NCBI RefSeq assembly: GCF_900143675.1
Contig: NZ_FRFC01000003.1
Coordinates: forward strand, 576,523 to 608,522
Direction of reading: 5' to 3'
Length of the DNA stretch: 32,000 nt
Source of the DNA: Nitrosotalea sinensis
GTDB taxonomy: Archaea > Thermoproteota > Nitrososphaeria > Nitrososphaerales > Nitrosopumilaceae
Below the pieces are notes generated by a model. That model was not told the DNA's origin, searched no databases, and was given only the letters and a program-made list of their open reading frames with translations. Of this stretch, positions 20,299-27,963 are shown one piece after another (position 1 is the stretch's first letter; each line of letters begins with the position of its first letter). The translations under genes were made by a program, and so were the position numbers.

Positions 20299-20421
20299 AT
20301 GCCAATCTATTATTGCCTTGATTGTAAGAAGATAATAATCAACAAGACTGGAGATTATGGACCGTATTGTCCTTCTTGCAAAAAGAAAAGAAAGTCAGGT
20401 ACTCAACCGGCAGATCTATAA
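20299..20421 (+). CDS. Small zinc-ribbon protein (40 aa)
   Basis: Hand translation: MPIYYCLDCKKIIINKTGDYGPYCPSCKKKRKSGTQPADL (CxxC-x14-CxxC with a basic tail). The frame was verified against neighbouring ORF-track anchors. Confidence 0.45.
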   Translation: MPIYYCLDCKKIIINKTGDYGPYCPSCKKKRKSGTQPADL

Positions 20422-20618
20422 GGTATGATGTTCATTACTTGGCAAGTTGGATCCATGGTGGAAAGGCTTTGAGAAATTGGAATCTGATATTGAAGAAATT
20501 TCCATCCCTGAAGACAAACCCATTCTTGTTGAGAATTAGTTTTCTATTGTTTGTCTTTGGATTATTTTGAATGTGCCTGAAAATACGGTTAATTATTACA
20601 TTCTAGTGAAACTATGTC

Positions 20619-20720
20619 ATGGAATGTCCAAGATGTGGTTCACCAATGGACTCGTCAAAGACAGATTCCAAGACTGTGTACACTTGTTTTTGCTGTAATT
20701 TCAGGATGGAGTCTAGTTAA
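20619..20720 (+). CDS. Small zinc-ribbon protein (33 aa)
   Basis: Hand translation: MECPRCGSPMDSSKTDSKTVYTCFCCNFRMESS (CxxC-x16-CxxC). Confidence 0.4.
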   Translation: MECPRCGSPMDSSKTDSKTVYTCFCCNFRMESS

Positions 20721-20731
20721 ATTCTAGTTCT

Positions 20732-21046
20732 GTGTCTTGCTATGTAATGAAATTTGATGACTTTTGGGGAATGATATCGTCTGATCTTGTAACTCCAAAG
20801 CAATTTTCAACCCAAACCAAACCATTTTCTGCCAAATATTCTGGTGGTAGGATAATGGTCACTGCAGGTGAAATGCTGTGGCCAATTGAACGATCAGATA
20901 TGAGAGTAATATGGAACAAGGCAATATCAATGCATGAAAAGATGAGGTTTATCCACACTAGCTATTCTCATGAAAACATCCGTACATCTTCATACATAAT
21001 ATCTCTAATGAAACACTATGTTGTAGATGAATCCAAGATTGAATGA
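20732..21046 (+). CDS. Hypothetical protein (104 aa from GTG; 99 aa from ATG at 20747)
   Basis: MKFDDFWGMISSDLVTPKQFSTQTKPFSAKYSGGRIMVTAGEMLWPIERSDMRVIWNKA... has globular-looking composition. No family recognised. Confidence 0.6.
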   Translation: MSCYVMKFDDFWGMISSDLVTPKQFSTQTKPFSAKYSGGRIMVTAGEMLWPIERSDMRVIWNKAISMHEKMRFIHTSYSHENIRTSSYIISLMKHYVVDESKIE

Positions 21047-21212
21047 TGTAATTTAGATTTTTTCACTCTTCAAACAAATCACATTATCACGATATTGAAA
21101 TCTCAACCTGTACTACATATGATCAAAAACAACTCAAATCTTAGACATTCTATGCTTATTAGGACTCTGGTATGTACATGTACATCTTTTGATGATTATA
21201 AAACAAGATACA

Positions 21213-21230
21213 AATTCCAAAATTGGAATT
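21213..21230. promoter_or_regulatory. Palindromic operator candidate AATTCC-N6-GGAATT (copy 1)
   Basis: aattcc aaaatt ggaatt lies 81 bp upstream of the 21311 gene start. The same architecture recurs at 22283-22300. Confidence 0.45.
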
Positions 21231-21310
21231 CATCAAAAATATGTAATGCAATTTTCAAATAAATTATTTTATAAAACATGTATAGTTATATCAAGTGAGA
21301 TAATCAGTAA

Positions 21311-21589
21311 ATGCTACAAAATGAATTTCATTTTTTCAATGCAATTGCAGTTTTTGTGGCATCTATTGTTCCACTATATCTAACATTCAAATTAAAAAAT
21401 CCAAAATTAAAAAAACTCACACTTGTACTTGGCATATTTATAATAATTCATGGAATATATCACTCTGTAGGTTCGTTAGGTAATATTTTTCTAGCCAAGG
21501 GAATCCTTGATCCTCTCTCTGCTATGGTTTTACTTGGATTTGGATTAATGTATCTAAGATTTCAAACAAAAAAGGAGACTAGAACATGA
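21311..21589 (+). CDS. Small membrane protein, 3 TM (92 aa)
   Basis: FFNAIAVFVASIVPLYLTF, LTLVLGIFIIIHGIYHSVG and LDPLSAMVLLGFGLMYL form the three helices. There is an HGIYH motif in TM2. Confidence 0.7.
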   Translation: MLQNEFHFFNAIAVFVASIVPLYLTFKLKNPKLKKLTLVLGIFIIIHGIYHSVGSLGNIFLAKGILDPLSAMVLLGFGLMYLRFQTKKETRT

Positions 21590-21912
21590 TGCCAACTGAT
21601 GCAGATAATTTAGTGTATTCTATGAATGATGTAACACTTGGACTCTTGCTTGGTTCTTTAATCATATTTGGCTGGTTAGCATATCGCTCTAAAAACATAA
21701 AAAAATTCCAATTCCAGATATCTGTATTTATCATAGTGTGGATAGTAGGAGAAGTAATACAAAATAAAAGAATAGCAAGCCTGATTCCTTTGCCTGAAAT
21801 TGGGCTCTTGATTCATGCATCATCAATGGCATTTCTTACAGTAATGTTGTGGCTAAGATTGTACTATTCAAAAAGAAAGGGAAAGACCATGATAGAAGAC
21901 ACAGAGGGATAA
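21586..21912 (+). CDS. Small membrane protein, 3 TM (108 aa)
   Basis: The start overlaps the preceding stop (ATGA at 21586-21589). Helices: VTLGLLLGSLIIFGWLAY, ISVFIIVWIVGEVI and GLLIHASSMAFLTVMLWL. Confidence 0.7.
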   Translation: MMPTDADNLVYSMNDVTLGLLLGSLIIFGWLAYRSKNIKKFQFQISVFIIVWIVGEVIQNKRIASLIPLPEIGLLIHASSMAFLTVMLWLRLYYSKRKGKTMIEDTEG

Positions 21913-21930
21913 CAAAGGAACACAAATAAC

Positions 21931-22284
21931 ATGATAGTAAAAAATCAAGCAGCAAAAAGATCTATCCGTAATGCCCTTGCAGATGAAGAAATGATGAAGA
22001 TCTTGGATTGTGCCTTGTTTCATTTAAAATCAGTAAATGACATTATAAAAGAATGTGACATTCCTCATACCACCGCATATCGGAAAATAAAGTGGCTTCT
22101 TAGTGAGAATCTCCTGGTAGTAGACAAGATTGAGATAACACCTGACGGCAAAAAATCCAGTCTGTTCCGAAGTGTCTTCAAATCTATTTCTGTAAAATAT
22201 GACATGGGAAATATCATAATTGAAGCAGAAGAAAGTTTTGACATGGTTGAGAAGATAGCGGAAACTTTTTTTTCTCTAGATTAA
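21931..22284 (+). CDS. Winged-helix transcriptional regulator (ArsR/TrmB-like small wHTH), paralogous to 30364-30729
   Basis: MKILDCALFHLKSVNDIIKECDIPHTTAYRKIKWLLSENLLVVDKIEITPDGKKSSLF gives an HTH plus a wing. It shares the ...IP.ST.YR....L......L........DGKK... layout with the 121-aa protein at 30364. Confidence 0.8.
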   Translation: MIVKNQAAKRSIRNALADEEMMKILDCALFHLKSVNDIIKECDIPHTTAYRKIKWLLSENLLVVDKIEITPDGKKSSLFRSVFKSISVKYDMGNIIIEAEESFDMVEKIAETFFSLD

Positions 22285-22300
22285 TTCCACATCTGGAATT
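22283..22300. promoter_or_regulatory. Palindromic operator candidate AATTCC-N6-GGAATT (copy 2), plus an extra GGAATTC half-site at 22308-22314
   Basis: aattcc acatct ggaatt overlaps the regulator stop codon and lies 105 bp upstream of the cupredoxin gene start. Confidence 0.45.
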
Positions 22301-22404
22301 CAGAAAAGGAATTCGTATTTTCTCTTATAATGAGATTGTCAACATTTCTTTTCAATCATGATTCAAACCGCCAAACACCATGAAATCAGCTATGGAGGAA
22401 CGAC

Positions 22405-23748
22405 ATGAAAAAGCAGTGGAAACTTGTAACGCTTTTTGCAATTGTGCCAGTGGTATTAGCTATTGTGTTGTTTCAGATGTTTTCTGGGCAAGGGTCTGTT
22501 CCAGGAATGTCAACACATGAATCCATGACTGAAACTGGACATGAATTCATGATTGGAGACGAACAAGAAAACAAGCCCATATCTGTGACTTCTGATGGCA
22601 TAGACTTGAAATTTGCAGCACAACCAATGATTCATCAATATGAATTGGCTACTGTAAAAATGAACATCACTGATGCCAACTCAAATGCACGACTAAGCCA
22701 TGTTGACTGGGCAATTGTAGTAAAAGACCCACAAGGAAATGTCTTTTACAAAACTACTACAGCTCACTCGCATGTTGGCATGATGGACTTTAAAGTTGCC
22801 TTCCCAGTAGCCGGAAACAATACTGTTTCTGTTACAACATCATCTATTGGAACTGCCATGATGGGACTAGAACCCACTCCTAAAGGAAGAACACATACTA
22901 TGATCTCAGGCTCGCTTCAAGGATTCAAAACAGATCCATTAAATAATTTTGGAGCAAGAACATTTGAATTTCCTGTATACGTTGAGACACAAAATAACAT
23001 GTCGCCTCTTGAAAATACCTCTGGAAATCAAAATGTGCAGACATCTACAATAGATAGTGTACACACCATTGCTGGTGAAAATAACGGAACTTCAGTAAAC
23101 GTGCAGGTGCAATCACAATCAAACATAGTGGCAGGAAAACCATCCACCTTTATCATTACACTGACCAAAAGCAGTGATAATTCCATGATTACACATCCTG
23201 ATCTACAACTCACTGCACAGATGTCCAATTACACAATATCCCAGTCAGCTGCACTACAAGGAAACCCCACAATCAATGGAGCAATACATGGACATACCGG
23301 CGTGATGACATGGAGTCCCACATTTCCAACTGGAGGAAAATACACTATATCGATAGACCTGACTCCAAGCACACTTTCAAACTATGATTGGGGGTATGCA
23401 ACTACCAAGTTTGATGTATTTGTATCACAATCAAATGATGCATCTGCAGAGACAACGCAAGAACAACCTGTCAATACCGTTAGTATCTTAGGTCTAGAGT
23501 CACCATTTTTTACTCCCAATGTGCTTAATGTAAAGACCGGTACAACAGTCACATTTGTCAACACTGATGCCACAGGTCACACAGTCACATCCGTAAAACC
23601 TGGAACCACCGATCCTGATGGAATCTTTGATAGCGGGTTGCTCACTGCCAAGAAAAACACGTTTTCCTTCAAATTTGACAAGCCAGGAACTTACGAATAC
23701 ATTTGTAGTGTTCACACACACATGCATGGAACCATAATTGTATCGTAA
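22405..23748 (+). CDS. Membrane-anchored multidomain copper protein: N-terminal TM, two repeated His/Met-motif beta domains, C-terminal plastocyanin-like cupredoxin
   Basis: GGAGGA lies 7 nt upstream of the ATG. The C-terminus LNVKTGTTVTFVNTDATGHTVTS...GTYEYICSVHTHMHG supplies type-1 Cu ligands. There is an internal duplication (SHVDWAIVV...AHSHVGMMDFKVAFPVAGNNTVSV versus THPDLQLTA...IHGHTGVMTWSPTFPTGGKYTISI). Confidence 0.88.
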   Translation: MKKQWKLVTLFAIVPVVLAIVLFQMFSGQGSVPGMSTHESMTETGHEFMIGDEQENKPISVTSDGIDLKFAAQPMIHQYELATVKMNITDANSNARLSHVDWAIVVKDPQGNVFYKTTTAHSHVGMMDFKVAFPVAGNNTVSVTTSSIGTAMMGLEPTPKGRTHTMISGSLQGFKTDPLNNFGARTFEFPVYVETQNNMSPLENTSGNQNVQTSTIDSVHTIAGENNGTSVNVQVQSQSNIVAGKPSTFIITLTKSSDNSMITHPDLQLTAQMSNYTISQSAALQGNPTINGAIHGHTGVMTWSPTFPTGGKYTISIDLTPSTLSNYDWGYATTKFDVFVSQSNDASAETTQEQPVNTVSILGLESPFFTPNVLNVKTGTTVTFVNTDATGHTVTSVKPGTTDPDGIFDSGLLTAKKNTFSFKFDKPGTYEYICSVHTHMHGTIIVS

Positions 23749-23926
23749 ATTCTTATTTTTTATACGTCATATTGGGCTCGTCAATGATTGGAATCTTCTA
23801 CATCTTATGAACATAATATATTATTTAAAATATGAAATTCCTGATATTTGTCAAAACTCTAAGGTTTTATCGGCACATTCTAACCAAGACATCTTTACAT
23901 ATGATTGAAAACCACATCATCATATT

Positions 23927-24067
23927 ATGGAAGAAAAAAAGAGAATGAAATCCAACACTGAAGATGAATACAACAAGGCCCTTGCATCTGAAGACCCGAC
24001 TTCAATATCTGAGGAAGAAAAGGAGAGACTGACAAGGGAAGCTATCAAGAAATTCAAGTCACTGTGA
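23927..24067 (+). CDS. Possible small acidic protein (46 aa)
   Basis: Hand translation: MEEKKRMKSNTEDEYNKALASEDPTSISEEEKERLTREAIKKFKSL. It sits in an otherwise empty 480-bp intergenic region. Confidence 0.3.
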   Translation: MEEKKRMKSNTEDEYNKALASEDPTSISEEEKERLTREAIKKFKSL

Positions 24068-24227
24068 TTTCAAAAATAATTTTATTGATTATTTAATCAT
24101 AAAAATGAGAAGAAGAGTCAGGATACTGACATAGTGCACTTCTTGTTGGACATACTACATGGATATGTGTGATGGAAAAAATGATTTTCAACAAAATCTA
24201 AATACAAAGATCAAATCACGCTAGACA

Positions 24228-24509
24228 TTGAGCCAAGACAAAATGTACAAGGAAATGGTAACAGTGATCATAGAAAAAACACTTCTTGACATCAGCCTGC
24301 CTGTCTACGAGTCCGTAGTCTCATCTCTGAAATCAAAGTACTATTGTACCATATCTGATTGTTATGAAAACCCGCAATATCTCAAAAAAGTCCTAACCGA
24401 ATACTTTGGCAATTCCTCTAATATAGTAATTGACAATATAACCAATGAACTGCAAAAAACAATCAAAAACCAATCCATCACAAAATTTCTCACAGTTTTA
24501 AATCACTAA
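24228..24509 (+). CDS. Hypothetical small protein (93 aa from TTG; Met alternatives at 24243 and 24255)
   Basis: MYKEMVTVIIEKTLLDISLPVYESVVSSLKSKYYCTISDCYENPQYLKKVLTEYFG... has coding-like composition. No family recognised. Confidence 0.55.
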   Translation: MSQDKMYKEMVTVIIEKTLLDISLPVYESVVSSLKSKYYCTISDCYENPQYLKKVLTEYFGNSSNIVIDNITNELQKTIKNQSITKFLTVLNH

Positions 24510-24599
24510 GATCTAATTGCCCCTGTACTGTATGTTTTACTCTGGGTCTAGTATGAAAGATTCTAACAGCTTATTACTATACTGCCAAGACATGATATC

Positions 24600-26039
24600 G
24601 TGACCCAAACTGACGAAAACAGTAACACTGTACAAAAATCAGCCTGGCTTGCATTGGCAATAATCAGCAGCCTTGCACTTGTTACAATGTATGGTGAAAC
24701 AATGGTCTTGCCTGCAATTCCTGATTTTATCAAAGATTTTCAAATATCATATAACGTCTCATCCTGGATTTTATCCTCGTATCTTATTGCAGGCGCAGTA
24801 ATGACCCCTATTGCAGGCAAGCTCTCAGATATCTATGGCAAGAAAAAGGTCCTACTTGTAGTCATGATAGTATACTGTACGGGAATACTGGGGGGAGGAT
24901 TTGCAGACTCCTTTGGAACCATGATACTTGCAAGAATAGCACAAGGGGTTGGAATATCCATGTTTCCAATCGCATTTGGAATTGTACGTGATATCTTTCC
25001 AATGCAAAAACTTGCAATTGCCCAAGGCATATTTACTTCAACATTTTTCGGAGGCTCTGTAGTAGGCCTGGTAGTTGGGGCAAGAATCATATCCTCATTT
25101 GGCTGGCATGCAACATTTTTCTCGGTATTTCCAATTGCAATACTATTAGCAGCTGTGATGGCAAAACTAATCACAGTCCCCAAGATACAAAACAACAATT
25201 CTAAACACTATCTTGATGTTAAAGGCGCAATCATACTTTCTGCAACCATTATTTTATTTCTAACAGGGGTGTCATATTTGCAAGAAATTAACACTGGAAA
25301 TTATAACTCTGTATTTTATTTTATATCTGCTGCTGTTCTAGTTGTGATATTTTCCATGGAAGAAAAAAAGGCAAAACACCCACTTGTCGACCTTGTCATT
25401 CTAAAAGACAAGATATTCTTGTCCACTAATGTCATTGTCATGATAGTAGGAGTTTCAACCTTTATGGTGTACCAGACAATTCCAATTCTGATACAGAGCC
25501 CGAAACCACTTGGATTTGGAGGCGATGCAATAACTACAGCAAATGTCCAATTGCCATTTATGATAGTCTCACTGGTTGTATCAGCAGCATCAGGATTTAT
25601 TGTATCAAAGGTGGGAAACTTCAGACTCACTGCAATTGGTACGATAGTATGTACAATAGGCTTTTTCACATTGTTATTGTTTCATGGAACTGAACTTGAG
25701 ATTGCATCAGCGCTTGGAGTATTATCTGTAGGATTGTCATTTGCATTTGTTGGCGGATTTAATATCATACTGGTATCATCACCACAAAAAGCAGAAGGAA
25801 TAGCACTTGGAATGGCAGTACTGCTCATGCTTGTAGGGCAATCACTAGGGCCATCAGTTGCTGGCATGTTCCAGCAGATGTATGGCCAATCAATTCCTGG
25901 CATCCCAGGCGAGTTCCCGTCAGCCCAATCCTACATCCAGATATTCACTACAGCGGGAATCTTGGCGCTAGTATCAGTTACACTTGTGGTATTGCTACGA
26001 AAAAAGATCAAACCCATGACTGAATATACATCACACTGA
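24600..26039 (+). CDS. MFS transporter, 14-TM DHA2 (EmrB/QacA)-like drug:H+ antiporter type
   Basis: 479 aa with about 14 hydrophobic helices. MFS motif A: GKLSDIYGKKKV. GTG start. Confidence 0.92.
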   Translation: MTQTDENSNTVQKSAWLALAIISSLALVTMYGETMVLPAIPDFIKDFQISYNVSSWILSSYLIAGAVMTPIAGKLSDIYGKKKVLLVVMIVYCTGILGGGFADSFGTMILARIAQGVGISMFPIAFGIVRDIFPMQKLAIAQGIFTSTFFGGSVVGLVVGARIISSFGWHATFFSVFPIAILLAAVMAKLITVPKIQNNNSKHYLDVKGAIILSATIILFLTGVSYLQEINTGNYNSVFYFISAAVLVVIFSMEEKKAKHPLVDLVILKDKIFLSTNVIVMIVGVSTFMVYQTIPILIQSPKPLGFGGDAITTANVQLPFMIVSLVVSAASGFIVSKVGNFRLTAIGTIVCTIGFFTLLLFHGTELEIASALGVLSVGLSFAFVGGFNIILVSSPQKAEGIALGMAVLLMLVGQSLGPSVAGMFQQMYGQSIPGIPGEFPSAQSYIQIFTTAGILALVSVTLVVLLRKKIKPMTEYTSH

Positions 26040-26046
26040 TGGTACA

Positions 26047-26832
26047 ATGAATATCAAAATAGGCTGCACCGGATGGAGTTACCAAGGCTGGATTGGACCA
26101 TTTTACCCAAAATCCATGGATGACACCAACTATCTAAAACACTATTCAAGTGCATTTGATATCACCGAAGTAAATTCTACATTTTACAAAATTCCAACTA
26201 GAATGACAACTCAAAAATGGTTCACAGATACGCCTGATGATTTTACATTTACTGCCAAATTGCCTCAGGTCATAACTCATGAAAACAGACTAAGGCCTGG
26301 ACCATACCTGGACCAATTCCTTGATTCTGTAACTCCGTTACAATCCAAAATGAAAGTTCTTGTAATCCAGCTTCCTCCCTCGTTATCCTTTGATGAATCT
26401 AAAACAAATCTAGAAAAGATGGTAAATCATCTTCCAAAAAATTATAGATACGCCGTAGAGGGAAGACATCCTTCCTGGTTCTCTGATCCGTCTATACAAT
26501 TTCTCTCACGGTATAATCTCTGCCTTGTTTGGAATGATGTATCAAGTGTTCCATTACATGATATCATCACAACTGATCTTGTCTACATTAGATTAATTGG
26601 CGACAGGACCATACCTGAGAACCAGTTTGGAAAAATCCACAAAGACAGGACGAGTCAAATAAAATCCTGGGTTGAAAAATTAACAAAAATCAAGGATAGT
26701 ATCTCATTTGCAGCAATTCTTGCAAACAATCACTATGAGGGATTCTCACCACAGACTGCAAACAAGTTACGACTGGAACTTGACATGAAACCTGTAACGT
26801 GGTCTGATAAAACCCAGACCACACTTGTCTGA
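26047..26832 (+). CDS. DUF72 (UPF0759, YecE-like) family protein
   Basis: IKIGCTGWSYQGWIGPFYP...YLKHYSSAFDITEVNSTFY...FTFTAKLPQVITH is the characteristic DUF72 N-terminal signature. Confidence 0.9.
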   Translation: MNIKIGCTGWSYQGWIGPFYPKSMDDTNYLKHYSSAFDITEVNSTFYKIPTRMTTQKWFTDTPDDFTFTAKLPQVITHENRLRPGPYLDQFLDSVTPLQSKMKVLVIQLPPSLSFDESKTNLEKMVNHLPKNYRYAVEGRHPSWFSDPSIQFLSRYNLCLVWNDVSSVPLHDIITTDLVYIRLIGDRTIPENQFGKIHKDRTSQIKSWVEKLTKIKDSISFAAILANNHYEGFSPQTANKLRLELDMKPVTWSDKTQTTLV

Positions 26833-26834
26833 TA

Positions 26835-27176
26835 TCACAGCCTCTGGCATATCACACCATAGTCTTTGGCAATCCTGTATGCCATGTTCTGGAGTTTTGT
26901 CATCTGCTCTATGCTTGATTTTCCATGGCCTATCTGACTCATGATGGTCATACACTTGTGGATCTTGTTGTGGTCCCCATCTTCTTGCTTTTCTGACCAC
27001 ATGCTAAAACAGTCTTCAAACTCTAGACAGAATCTGAGTATAAACTCCTCCCAGTTATCAAACTTGGTCGAGTACCCAATTGCACTTGCCAATTCCCGGA
27101 ACTCGTTGCTTCTGTCAATTAGGAGCATATCTAATGCTCTTTTTGCTTTTGGCTCTACTTGTAATATGGATGCCAT
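26835..27176 (-). CDS. Helical hypothetical protein, paralog of 19119-19472
   Basis: ALDMLLIDRSNEFRELASAIGYSTKFDNWEEFILRFCLEFEDCF...HNKIHKCMTIMSQIGHGKSSIEQMTKLQNMAYRIAKDY. It shares an exact 23-nt stretch with its paralog (27106-27128 = 19390-19412). Confidence 0.75.
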   Translation of the reverse strand: MASILQVEPKAKRALDMLLIDRSNEFRELASAIGYSTKFDNWEEFILRFCLEFEDCFSMWSEKQEDGDHNKIHKCMTIMSQIGHGKSSIEQMTKLQNMAYRIAKDYGVICQRL

Positions 27177-27248
27177 GAAAGAAACATTGTTTTAGAAAAT
27201 ATTAAACAGCAGGTATGCTCTGCAAACAAGTGCAATACAATGTAATGT

Positions 27249-27785
27249 TTACCAGCCACGCTGGGTGAGTATCTGTAATACATCAGGCTTGACACATGCT
27301 GGTGAACCATCATCCAGCTTGATTATCAAAGAAAATCCTTGCTTGCACTGGACATCTTTTGGACTAGTTCCTGCCTTGACTTGTTCCAGTGGTGGCATGA
27401 TGGTAGCTGCAGTTGGATGTGATACAGTTGTTGTATTCTGTGGTGTTGGTATTACAGTCTGTGTCATGTTGTTTGATGTGTCATTAGTATCGTTTGCAAG
27501 TGGGTTGTCACTTGGAGCAAGTGCACTGTCCGGGTTTGAACTAAGATCCGTATTGTCTTGCGTTGACATGTCTCCAGTATCAGGACCTGTACTAGTTGTA
27601 TTGTCTTCTGATATTGGACCTGTACTGTTGTCCGTGTAATTTCCTTCAGGTATAGGACCTGCATTGGGGTCTGTGCTTGGATCACTGACTTGGGCAAATA
27701 CAGATTCAGTACTAAGTAAATTAAAAGACCAAACTAGGGTTGCTGCTATGCCTAGCATTACTGTTGCAGACAAGACTTTGTTCAA
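27249..27785 (-). CDS. Secreted protein: signal peptide, acidic D/T/S/N/P low-complexity stalk with many N-x-S/T sequons, small C-terminal two-Cys domain
   Basis: Signal peptide MNKVLSATVMLGIAATLVWSFNLLSTESVFA. The stalk carries the sequons NYT, NST, NTT, NDT and NTT. C-terminus: CKQGFSLIIKLDDGSPACVKPDVLQILTQRGW. Confidence 0.8.
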   Translation of the reverse strand: MNKVLSATVMLGIAATLVWSFNLLSTESVFAQVSDPSTDPNAGPIPEGNYTDNSTGPISEDNTTSTGPDTGDMSTQDNTDLSSNPDSALAPSDNPLANDTNDTSNNMTQTVIPTPQNTTTVSHPTAATIMPPLEQVKAGTSPKDVQCKQGFSLIIKLDDGSPACVKPDVLQILTQRGW

Positions 27786-27963
27786 TTATCCTTTGGCCCA
27801 TCTGCCAAATACTTAAGACTTGCTTATCATTGATACTGGAGATTGCACCCCGTAAATGCATCATCAAACTATTAATCATTTCTCAGGACTGTTACTGATC
27901 ATTGTGAGTTTACAAAGTTCCGCAATTGCTTATATCCACTGTATCGTAGACTTGGCAAGAATC

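Noticed and set aside
20367-20570. 67-aa + strand ORF between the small zinc-ribbon genes
   Set aside because: It has a TTG start buried inside the 40-aa zinc-ribbon ORF in another frame, with low-complexity, non-protein-like sequence.
21189-21383. 64-aa + strand ORF overlapping the promoter region and the start of the 21311 gene
   Set aside because: It has a TTG start in very AT-rich DNA, overlaps the better-supported membrane-protein gene out of frame, and spans the palindromic operator candidate.
22412-22432. CAGTGGAAAC, an exact match to the archaeal ORB core
   Set aside because: It lies inside the first codons of the cupredoxin CDS (K-Q-W-K-L). It is a single copy with no partner repeat or AT-rich unwinding element. 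Coincidence.
24833-25903. Minus-strand ORFs of 73-121 aa inside the MFS transporter gene
   Set aside because: They are antisense to a 479-aa ORF with clear MFS motifs and a 14-TM pattern. They are artefacts.
19119-27176. Region between the two paralogous genes considered as an integrated mobile element
   Set aside because: There is no integrase, transposase, tRNA target or terminal att-like repeats. The two repeat copies are diverged protein-coding paralogs in the same orientation, not element ends. The interior includes ordinary housekeeping-type genes (MFS, DUF72).
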